Shown here: in pieces, positions 36,501-45,600 of the stretch
How positions within the stretch are numbered: the first letter of the stretch is position 1
Layout: the number at the start of each line of letters is the position of its first letter
Assembly: GCA_035280185.1 (NCBI GenBank)
Contig: DATEGH010000116.1
Span: forward strand, 1 to 51,158
DNA from: Terriglobales bacterium
GTDB taxonomy: Bacteria > Acidobacteriota > Terriglobia > Terriglobales > Acidobacteriaceae
Length of the DNA: 51,158 nucleotides
Direction: 5' to 3'
Translations under genes and position numbers: made by a program
The notes under the pieces: generated by a model
The model's input: the letters and a program-made list of their open reading frames with translations, nothing else
Told to the model about the DNA's origin: nothing
Database searches by the model: none

Positions 36501-39203
36501 ATGAGGGGATTTGAGCCAACAATCAACAACTTCAGGGTAGCGGGGATTGTACTGCTGCTGCTGGTAATCGCGGCCCTGGGCGGCACATCGTCAGCCCAGA
36601 GCCTGAATCCAGAGCCGTGGCCCACGCCGGCCGCCATCCCGGCGCCGACGCCGATCATACCCGCGCGCGGCGGAGAGCCTACAGGCTTTCTTCAGATGGG
36701 TTTTATTCAATACGCGTCGCTCGATGCCACGCCGGGGCTTTGCAACAAAGACGATAATCCTGCGCCGACGCCGGCAAATCCCCCCTTGCCCGCGCAGTGC
36801 AAAATCACCGCCGGCTGGATAGAGCTCAACAACACACTCATTCGCGTGCCGCAGAGTACGGTGGTTTACTTTCCCAACACGCTGCTTACGTGGGAGGAAG
36901 CATTTGAGTTGAACCCGAATACCCACCAGACAGATCCCGTATTTCAGACTGGTCTGGCAATGGCCGACACCGTGCGCTTCCCCGGCACCTACGAAGCCCA
37001 AGTTCAGGGCAACATTGTCAACGGCCAGTATATTGCCGGCATTATCTACATCGCAGAGAGTCTTGCCGCCGGCGATGGAAATATTCAGGGATTCATTGAG
37101 AAGTTCGACTACGCCAACGGTATTTTTTACGTTAATGGAACTCGGGTGCAGATGAATGATCCTCGACTCACCATCACCGTTCCCAATCCCGATGGTACGC
37201 CTGCCACGGACGCCAATGGCAATCCAATCGTATTGACGAAAGGGCGCCAGAGCGCCGGGCAATCTGCTGATCCGCGGTTCGCCATTGACCAGAACAATCC
37301 TTCGGTCACGGGAGAGACCGGCTACCCGATGTGTATCCCGCAGACCAGCCCCTATATTGATGGCTCGGATGGTTCGGAAGGCGCCGCGCTGACTCTTCTC
37401 CTTCCTGATGCTCAGCAAGATTCGCAGTGTCCGGAGAAAAACCGTCCTCGCGATGCGGAAAGCGGCACACTCCTGCTGCCCATCTTCACCATGAATGCGC
37501 CGGGAGCCGCGCCCACAACAGATAACCCGATTCCTCAAGATCCGTATTCAGAGATGCCGTTTGAAGTCGGAGATTTCGTGAACGTTGTCGGCAATCTGGA
37601 GGTTGATGCGAACGGTCCATACATTACGGCGACGGACATCGAAGACACCAGCGTCGGCGCCTATACCTGGCCGAATACTGATCCTGCCTACGTCCGCATC
37701 AACGTAACCATTGAAGGAACCGGTGGCGTTCCCTCGCCTTTCTTCCCGCAAGAAGCCGGTGTGCGCACCAGGGTGGAAGGTTTCAGCACCGATCCGCAGC
37801 GCACCGTGGATGTTTCCGCCATAGACCAGGATTGCAACGGCAACCTGACCTTCCGCGAGCCTGCATGGGCCGCGAACTTCCCGGTGGAACCTGGCGTACC
37901 CGGTATTGGCGTGAAAGGCCGCTGGCGCATGCGTTTCCCGCAAGGCGGCAAGTTCGAGCCTGCGGTGCAGAACATCGGCGCCCGAATCAGCGGTGGCGTT
38001 CCCGGCAAAATGACCAGCGGAGTTACTTATGACGAGTACCAACTGCCTGTACAAGTGCTGATCTTCCCGGAAAACCTGGTTCCCGGCAGCCAGCCGCCGA
38101 AGGCCAATTTTGGGGACGTCCTCTACCTGGACAACGGCATGGGACAGTTGCCGATGGTCAGCGACGTGTTCGATAGCGATCAGGTCCAGTTGGGCCTGCA
38201 AGCGGCGCCGTTCTATCCCAACCAGCTCATGGGGCAGTTGAATCCTTTCCCGGATGCAACGCTGCCTCCCATCACTTGTATTCCGGGGACGTTCTCCTCG
38301 ATCGCGGTGCCGAAGTTCACTTCGAATCCGAATCCGCCGTTTGCCGGCATTACAGTTACGCTGGATGGAACTGCGAGTAATCCGCCAACAGGACCCTTCG
38401 CCTGGACACAAGTCATCAACCCCGGCGATCCGATTGTGACCATCAACAACCCGAACACGGCAAAGCCGACGTTCATCGCGCCGACTGTGGCCGGGCCGCA
38501 GAACATCGTCTTCCAGTTGATCGTGGGTGGAGACGGAGTTGTTCCGGCTTCCGCGCCTGCAACGGTCAGCGTGCCGGTTGTGATTGCTCCGCCGAATACG
38601 CCGCCTGCGCTTAGCGCCACGGCATCGTTCGCTGGACCGCCGGCTGTGAGCGGAACCGCCATCAGCGTGCCCAGCAACGCCGCAGGCGTAACACTGACGG
38701 CAACGGGTGTGGATCCCGCAGGTGGAACGATCACTTATACGTGGTCCGGTCCTGCCGGAGTCGTGTTGACCCCGGCCGCAGCCGATGGCTCGGTGCAGAC
38801 TTTCACCGCGCCTGAGGTGCCGGAACTGACCGCAGCTCAGACCCTGACCTTCACTGTGACGGGCACGAGCTCCAACGGTGGATTGACCGGCACTGCCACA
38901 GTCACTGTGACCGTGGAGCCTGTGACGGACCGCATCGTCATCAGCAACGTGGTCTATCGCCGGACCAAGGGACGCCTCATCGTCAACGTCAGCGACTTTA
39001 CGCCGAACGTAACGCTGACTTGCACGCTGGACATCATCAATCCGGCAACAGGACTGCCGTGGTCGGGCGTGATGGGACCGATTAACCCATTCGCTCAGGG
39101 CGTGTTCTCGATCCGCTTCAGCAACATCCCGGCGCCAAACCTGGTGACTATCACCTCGAGCGCGGGTGGTGTCGCAACCTCGGGCGTCACCTTCCTGAGG
39201 TAA
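36501..39203 (+). CDS. secreted hypothetical protein (900 aa) with two C-terminal PKD/Ig-like domains
   Basis: Start trimmed to MRGFEPT... (GGAAGGAG upstream, signal/TM segment GIVLLLLVIAALGGTSSAQS). C-terminal ITVTLDGTASNPP... and VTLTATGVDPAGGTITYTWSGP... Ig-like repeats. The N-terminal ~600 aa are unassigned. Confidence 0.7.
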   Translation: MRGFEPTINNFRVAGIVLLLLVIAALGGTSSAQSLNPEPWPTPAAIPAPTPIIPARGGEPTGFLQMGFIQYASLDATPGLCNKDDNPAPTPANPPLPAQCKITAGWIELNNTLIRVPQSTVVYFPNTLLTWEEAFELNPNTHQTDPVFQTGLAMADTVRFPGTYEAQVQGNIVNGQYIAGIIYIAESLAAGDGNIQGFIEKFDYANGIFYVNGTRVQMNDPRLTITVPNPDGTPATDANGNPIVLTKGRQSAGQSADPRFAIDQNNPSVTGETGYPMCIPQTSPYIDGSDGSEGAALTLLLPDAQQDSQCPEKNRPRDAESGTLLLPIFTMNAPGAAPTTDNPIPQDPYSEMPFEVGDFVNVVGNLEVDANGPYITATDIEDTSVGAYTWPNTDPAYVRINVTIEGTGGVPSPFFPQEAGVRTRVEGFSTDPQRTVDVSAIDQDCNGNLTFREPAWAANFPVEPGVPGIGVKGRWRMRFPQGGKFEPAVQNIGARISGGVPGKMTSGVTYDEYQLPVQVLIFPENLVPGSQPPKANFGDVLYLDNGMGQLPMVSDVFDSDQVQLGLQAAPFYPNQLMGQLNPFPDATLPPITCIPGTFSSIAVPKFTSNPNPPFAGITVTLDGTASNPPTGPFAWTQVINPGDPIVTINNPNTAKPTFIAPTVAGPQNIVFQLIVGGDGVVPASAPATVSVPVVIAPPNTPPALSATASFAGPPAVSGTAISVPSNAAGVTLTATGVDPAGGTITYTWSGPAGVVLTPAAADGSVQTFTAPEVPELTAAQTLTFTVTGTSSNGGLTGTATVTVTVEPVTDRIVISNVVYRRTKGRLIVNVSDFTPNVTLTCTLDIINPATGLPWSGVMGPINPFAQGVFSIRFSNIPAPNLVTITSSAGGVATSGVTFLR

Positions 39204-39212
39204 CCGGAAGAC

Positions 39213-39244
39213 AGGGCTGCCGGGCATCGGGCGCCGGCAGCCCT
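39213..39244 (+). other. GC-rich stem-loop in the intercistronic gap (weak terminator/attenuator or mRNA stabiliser)
   Basis: AGGGCTGCCGG / CCGGCAGCCCT 11-bp stem with a 10-nt loop. The nearest T-run is 13 nt downstream, so this is not a classic terminator. Confidence 0.4.
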
Positions 39245-39328
39245 GAAACACAAAAGTTTTTGTCCCCGCGCCTCGGGCTCGAAGAGCGGGAAACGCAGTA
39301 AACGGATTACAGAAGAGAGGAACCGAAA

Positions 39329-41815
39329 ATGAACTCGAACTTTATGCGGGCCCCTGGCGGCATCGAGCGTCAGCACTCCAAGGAGGGAGCCTTGCTCAAT
39401 CGCAACTCTTTCAAATACATCCTCGGGCTGGTGCTGGTCACGCTGCTCGCGGCATCGGGCGCTTTCGCCACGCCCAGCACGCAGGTGGCGAATGAAGGCT
39501 TGTTCCGTCCGCGCGGCATGGTGCGCTCCACCGTGCCAGATCCCAATGGCGGGCCGGCGCTGCATGACTTCTGGGTCAGCGACGGCGCTTCAGGGTTCTG
39601 CCGCATTGATCGGCTTCCTGACCCGAAATTCCCCGGCAAGACGCATGGCGTCCTGAACCTGAGCACCTGCTATCTCCCTGGCGTGTTCGAGCCAATGGAT
39701 TATCAGGTGGAGACGCTGAATGTGAACGGCTCCAACGGCTATGTGTTCGTGGGCGGGATTAAGGAAATCACCCGTTTGGAATTTATGCCTTCTCCCACCG
39801 AACCTGGCCGCACCGTCATTAATACGGCCACCCAGGTCACGATCTTCAGCAGCGTCAACTCGGTGTTCACCAATGGCGCGCCGGTGAATGGCCCGCGCTT
39901 CGTGCAGAGCCTGAAGCTTGGCCCGGACGGCAAGCTCTATCTTTGCTTCCAGGGCAGCGGTGATATCTGGCGCGTTCTCAATCCTCTTTCTCCCAGCTTC
40001 ACCAAGGCAGGAAATGCGGTGGAGCGCGTGGGAACATCGGACAACGGAAAGACGCTGTTGAGCTTGGCTTGGATCGGGCACGACCTTTGGATGGCCCAGG
40101 CAGGCTTCCTCAACCGCATCCAAAATGCTGACCAATGCAACTACACGCTGCCCAAGTGCCAGGCTGTACTCGAGTTCGGGAAGTTGCAGACCCAGGAAGG
40201 CATGCAGTCCGATCAGTACTTCTCCACCATCCCCAATGGCCGTTGGCTCTATTGGGGTAACGGAAACCGCGTGGTCCGCTTTGATACGCAGAGCGCCGAC
40301 ATCATGCAGGTTTGGAACCAGAGCGGGTTTGTGAATGGCAGCGCCATTCCTCAGGAATACTCGCTTATCATGGGCATTAATTTCATCCAGCGTGATGCCC
40401 CGGTGGCCTTGGCCGATGGCAGCTTCCTTGAAGACATGACGGTGACCACGGACCCCATCATCGAAGCGCCGTTACCTGAAGTGGCCGCCACACTTCCGCG
40501 AACCGGAAGAACGTGGCTGCTGACGGCCCTTCCAACGCTGGTGCCCGAGCCGTGCAATACCACAACCCCGGTGTTCGGGAACTTGAATCCGCCGCCTTGC
40601 GTTAACAGCCAGATCGGTAACGACGCTCCTCCGATTGACTCTCCGCAGTTCAACGCGGCGCGCCGCTCGGTCCTGATGCTGGCGGGGGTCACCCACGCTC
40701 GCGGTTTGATCTTCCTGCAAACCAACTGGTGGATTTCCGATGAAGACAACGGATTCTGCCGCATCGATCTGAATGCGGTCACGGGCGCAGCTTCTATGAG
40801 CAACTGCTTCCAGCCGGCCGGTTTCTGGCCTGGCCAGCCGGCAGCCGATGCACCGGATGCTTCAGGCGCGCAGAATGTTTACGTACCCAACGCCTGCGGC
40901 CTCATCTCCGGATGCACGCTGGGCGGCGGCACGCCGGGGATCATGCGACTGAAGTTTATTCCTGATGGCACCGGTGGAACCGTTTCCCAGACCGGCGTTC
41001 TGAACTCTGGCCGTGGTACGCCTTCGGCGGTTGCGATTCCCAACGGTCCGTTCAACGATGGCGCCGTTTACATCGGTTATTACGACAACGGCAAGATCAA
41101 CAAGGTCCAGCAGCCGGCGACAGCTCCCGGGGCACCACTGCCTGTGGGCGGCCTTTTGAACTCCGTTGGCCTTCTCAGCATGGCCTTCCAAGGCAATGAC
41201 CTGTATATGGCCGAGATCGGACCTCCGGTCCTCAACGGCGGTCAGTTAGTCAAGAAAGGGCAAGTAAGCGTTCTGGTGGCGGCTTCGCCTGACGCATCGA
41301 GAGGCAGCGCTCAGCCGGTGGCAAAGCCGATCTCACGCTTGCAGAGCCCAACTACGGTTGCGACTCCGCAGCTCTTCGTCAACCCCGGCGCGATGGTGGT
41401 TGGCCCTGATGGCGACCGTGAGAGATGTCTGCCTCCCTTGGGTGTGAAGCTCTCAGCCGGTATTCCGGCGGATCCTGGAACGGCCCCTGCTCTCTACATG
41501 GGAGGTTTGGGCCTGCCCGCCGACAGCGCGGTTTCCGGTGGCCTGGCTCAACCGCCTGAGGTTGTCCAGTATGGCTCCATCTGCACCACGATGATTGATT
41601 GGGTGATTGATGGCGCGCTGGATCCCACACTCAGCCTTAACGTGGACCTTGGCCCGGTGACGGCGTTGGCTTTCAACGGCGCCGATTCCACCTCGAACCT
41701 GGCCATCGCGGACGATCCTGGATTGATCATCCCCGATCAGACGCTGCAAAAGAGCCAAGTTACACCGCCGCTGACCGGACTGCACGGTCAAGGGCACGTA
41801 TTCATCGTTCCGTAA
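39329..41815 (+). CDS. secreted hypothetical protein (828 aa), internally duplicated
   Basis: Signal peptide (LVLVTLLAASGAFA). Motif FWVSDGASGFCRIDRL (~39568-39615) recurs as WWISDEDNGFCRIDLN (~40726-40775). No family recognised. Confidence 0.7.
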   Translation: MNSNFMRAPGGIERQHSKEGALLNRNSFKYILGLVLVTLLAASGAFATPSTQVANEGLFRPRGMVRSTVPDPNGGPALHDFWVSDGASGFCRIDRLPDPKFPGKTHGVLNLSTCYLPGVFEPMDYQVETLNVNGSNGYVFVGGIKEITRLEFMPSPTEPGRTVINTATQVTIFSSVNSVFTNGAPVNGPRFVQSLKLGPDGKLYLCFQGSGDIWRVLNPLSPSFTKAGNAVERVGTSDNGKTLLSLAWIGHDLWMAQAGFLNRIQNADQCNYTLPKCQAVLEFGKLQTQEGMQSDQYFSTIPNGRWLYWGNGNRVVRFDTQSADIMQVWNQSGFVNGSAIPQEYSLIMGINFIQRDAPVALADGSFLEDMTVTTDPIIEAPLPEVAATLPRTGRTWLLTALPTLVPEPCNTTTPVFGNLNPPPCVNSQIGNDAPPIDSPQFNAARRSVLMLAGVTHARGLIFLQTNWWISDEDNGFCRIDLNAVTGAASMSNCFQPAGFWPGQPAADAPDASGAQNVYVPNACGLISGCTLGGGTPGIMRLKFIPDGTGGTVSQTGVLNSGRGTPSAVAIPNGPFNDGAVYIGYYDNGKINKVQQPATAPGAPLPVGGLLNSVGLLSMAFQGNDLYMAEIGPPVLNGGQLVKKGQVSVLVAASPDASRGSAQPVAKPISRLQSPTTVATPQLFVNPGAMVVGPDGDRERCLPPLGVKLSAGIPADPGTAPALYMGGLGLPADSAVSGGLAQPPEVVQYGSICTTMIDWVIDGALDPTLSLNVDLGPVTALAFNGADSTSNLAIADDPGLIIPDQTLQKSQVTPPLTGLHGQGHVFIVP

Positions 41816-41841
41816 GCTGCAATCAGCAACCCTCATCAGCA

Positions 41842-41875
41842 GGCCGGCGGCGCAATCCCGCCGGCCATTTTTTTT
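41842..41875 (+). terminator. strong rho-independent terminator
   Basis: GGCCGGCGG / CCGCCGGCC stem, loop CGCAATC, followed by A + 8 T. Confidence 0.88.
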
Positions 41876-42246
41876 GCGAAACTGCTGACCACACTGTGTC
41901 AGGGAGTTTCCAGGAAGAAGCGATCCTTGAAACATCTCTTCTTGAGAAATTACTCGAATACCACCTGTCTGCCACTCTGCCGAACCAGCTCGTACTTCGC
42001 TCCTTGATCGGAATCGCCTCCTGCTCTTCATTAAAACCATTAATTTGCCCTTAACACATCTTTAATCCCGAAGAGATTAACTGTCACACATCGCATTACG
42101 ACGGTCGCACGAAGACGAGTAACAAGCGGCAGAGAAGCAAAACCTTTCCGGGTCTCCGCCAGAAAAAACAAAAGATTTTTTTGAAGGTGGCCAGTTCCGC
42201 TGACTGAACAGGAGCCGCCTGTTTTGGGCACTACCAGGAGAACATC

Positions 42247-42657
42247 ATGATTTCTGCACGGCACATCATCCGCGCGTTGTGTCTCATTGTCGCCTCTTTC
42301 GCCCTGAGCGCCTTCGCCGTTGCGGCGGCGGGCGGGTTCAGCGGCAGCTACAAACTGGGAACTGCCGTAGCTTCTGAGGGCGGAGTCCAGCTCACCATTT
42401 CGCTCGCCATTTCCAACAACACATCCAGCGCCATCAGCAACGCCACCATCTCGCTGCACGAGCCCAGGGCCGCGCGCGTGATTTATGGGCAGCTCGATGG
42501 CGTCTCGCTGCCGGCGGGCGCGCGCACAGAGGTGAGCGGCTCTTTCACCGTGCCCCAGGACCTTTACGACTCCTGGAAAAAAGGAAGTTCTCCGGCCATG
42601 AGCGTCAGCTTCACGGACGCCAAGGGTAATCCGGTTCGGGCCTTTATCGAGTTCTAG
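42247..42657 (+). CDS. small secreted hypothetical protein (136 aa)
   Basis: Signal peptide (LCLIVASFALSAFAVAAA) and beta-rich composition. Ends 26 nt before the giant gene. Confidence 0.6.
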   Translation: MISARHIIRALCLIVASFALSAFAVAAAGGFSGSYKLGTAVASEGGVQLTISLAISNNTSSAISNATISLHEPRAARVIYGQLDGVSLPAGARTEVSGSFTVPQDLYDSWKKGSSPAMSVSFTDAKGNPVRAFIEF

Positions 42658-42683
42658 CAAAGATTCTGTTGGGGAGGCACGCC

Positions 42684-45600
42684 ATGCGGGCGGCTAACAA
42701 TATTTTCGTCTCAAAAACACAAACGGCAACAGCAAGGATCTTCAAGGCCGGCGCGTATTCGCTGCTGGCTGTTCTGTTGCTTGTGGCATTCGTGTTTCCA
42801 TCAAGCGCGCTGGCGCAGACCAGCTACGTTTATGTGAACAACCAGACCTCGAGCAACGCAGTCTCGATCTACCGCGCTTCTGCCACGGGCAGCCTTTCCG
42901 CGGTGGGAACTCCGGTGCTCACCGGCGGTCTGGGCGCAAACGTTGTCTGCTACGGCTTGAATCGCATCGCGCTGAGCCAGACGAACAACCTCCTGTTTGT
43001 GGCGAACACGGGCGACCGCACCATCACTGCGTTTCAGATCAATCCCGCAACCGGCACGCTCACGCGCACCGCGGGCTCACCGTTCCCCAGCGGACTCACG
43101 GCCGATAGCTGCCAGGGATTCTCGCTGGCTGTGACTCCCGATGGCCAGTTCCTGATGGCTTCCAGCAACGGGCAGATTCGCACGTTCAGCGTGGCGGCAA
43201 ACGGAGCGTTGACTTTCCTCAGCAGCACCGCGAACTGCTGCTCGCCCAACTCCGGCATGACCATCTCGCCCGATGGCCGCCTTCTGGCGGTTTCTAACGA
43301 GACGAGCGTCTCCATGTTCTCCATCAGCGGCGGCGTGCTGACTCCGGTGCTGGGATCTCCATTTCCCAGAACAGGCACAGGCAATATTTCCGGCCTCGAT
43401 TTCAGTTGTGCGGCTGACCGTCTCTACGCCGGTGAAGCTACCGGCAGTCCAGCGCAAGCGGATGGTTGGACGGTGGACCTCAATGGCGCGCTGACTCCTG
43501 CTCCGCTGTCTCCGTTCCAGAGTTCGGGCAGCAACTCCAACATGGTGGTCTACAGCCCCGACAATACGTTGATATTCCAGAGCAACCAGTTCAGCAACAG
43601 CATCAACTCGTTTGTAGTAAACCCTGACGGCAGTCTTACCAACGCAGGCAAATTCGGCGGCTCAACTCAGGTACACACTCCAGTGGGAATGGCTACAGAT
43701 GCTACCGGGACATTCCTGTTTGTGGCGGACGATAGCTTTGGAGTAGCGGCTTTCCGGATCGGCAACGGAGGCGTCCTTGCCTGGTTGAGCGACTTGGCCA
43801 TCAGCCGTCCGGGAGAAATCCAGGACCTCGCAGTCTATCCCGCGCGTTCCTGCGCCAGCGCCGATCTCGCGCTGACGATGACAGCGGTTCCCAATCCCGC
43901 GCCTTCAGGCGCTCCCATTCAGTACACCCTGAACATCACCAACAATGGCACGCCTGCGGCATCTGCTGTGGTGGCGGACACGCTTCCGCCCACGCTCTCC
44001 GCAGGCGGCAGCGCGCAGATCGCGAACCCGAGCGGAGCACAGCGCGTCAACACAGTTTCAGGAACAACCGTCAGCGGCGTAGTCACGATTACAACGACTG
44101 TCCCGCATCAGCTTGTCGCAGGCCAGACGGTGACGGTCGCATCAGTGCCGGCGCCCACGACTCCGAATCCAATCCAGCAGGGCTTCTTCCTTACCGATCC
44201 TGGATTCAACGGCGTCGTCAAAATCGTATCGGTTCCCAGCCCCACAAGCTTCACGTATAACCAGACGCTTCAACTCTCGCAGTTTCCTAAGCCGTCGTTG
44301 AACATCGTCGCATCAACTGGGGCACAGCGTCTCGCCGGAACTGTGACCATCACGGCGACAGTGCCGTTCCAGCTTACGCCGGGAACGTTGATGACGATTG
44401 CGGGCGTCGCAAACACGAGTTTCGATGGAACATTTGCAGTAGCATCACAGCCCTCTCCCACGACGTTTACTTATGCCCAGGCAGGACTCGATGCCGTCAG
44501 CGGTGGCGGAACAGCCACAGCGCCCGTCAATGTGCCGGCCACTGATGTTGCCGGAGGCGGCAGCATGAGCAGCGCTGCCTGCCAGGTGACGCTCGGCACG
44601 GGGACCTGCGGCACTGCCAGCTTTGCTCCTCGGCCGCCAATCGTAACAGCAGTTCGCGCGAGCAATGTCGTCACCATCACAACGCCGGTGCCACACCAGC
44701 TCTTCCCCGGACAGAAAATCACCATTCAGGGCGTGACGGACACGACCTTCAACGGCACATTCACGATTGTCGATACGCCTTCGGCCACGACGTTCACCTA
44801 CAACCAGACAGCGGCCGACGCCAGCAGCAAGGGCGGCGCCGTCCTGGCGGCTGCAACCACAGCCCAGTTGATTACGTTCAACGCTCTCAGGGCCGGCGAG
44901 ACCCGCACTGCGCTGATCACGGCCACTTCCTCAAGCACGGTGGCCAATGGCACGGTGATAAGCAACACGGCGGCCATCACCAATAAATCCGTGGTCGATC
45001 CGAACCCTGCCAACAACTCGGCGACTGTGGATGTGACCATCGGCGCGGCAAGCGGAACCAGCCTTACGGTTCCGACCGCTACCGGTCCCTACGGCGGAGT
45101 GGCCGTGGTGAGTGCGATTCTTAAGGACAGCACCGGTGCGCCGATCGCAGGCGAAACCATCGGCATCAACTTCAACCAGAACAACAGCCAATACAACGCG
45201 ATTACAGACGGCACCGGAACGGCAACCGTTTCCGTCCCGCTGGGTTTCACCACAGTGGGCACGCATGCTGCAGCATTCACCGCCACCTTCGGCGGCGACG
45301 CCACACATTCCGCCAGCAGCGCCACGGGCGATCTGATTGTGACCAAGGCGCAGTTGACTGTAACGGCCGACAATCAGGCGCGGCTCTATGGCGATCCCAA
45401 TCCGCCGCTGACTTACACCATCACCGGTTTCGTGAACGGCGATACCATCGCGGTTGTAAGCGGCGCGGCTGATTGCTCGACCACAGCTACGCTGACCAGT
45501 CCGGTGGGAGCTTATCCGATTACTTGCACCATCGGCACCCTTGCCGCGCAGAACTACGTCTTCGTCTTCGTGCCTGGAACTCTCACAGTCAATCCCGCGC

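Noticed and set aside
33665-39251. Long minus-strand ORFs 33665-34477, 35003-36274, 36591-37538 and 37548-39251 (up to 567 aa)
   Set aside because: They are antisense to the di-haem and 900-aa secreted genes. Their composition is Arg/His/Gly/Asp-rich with no signal peptides or motifs. The sense frames have CxxCH sites, family motifs and Ig-like repeats.
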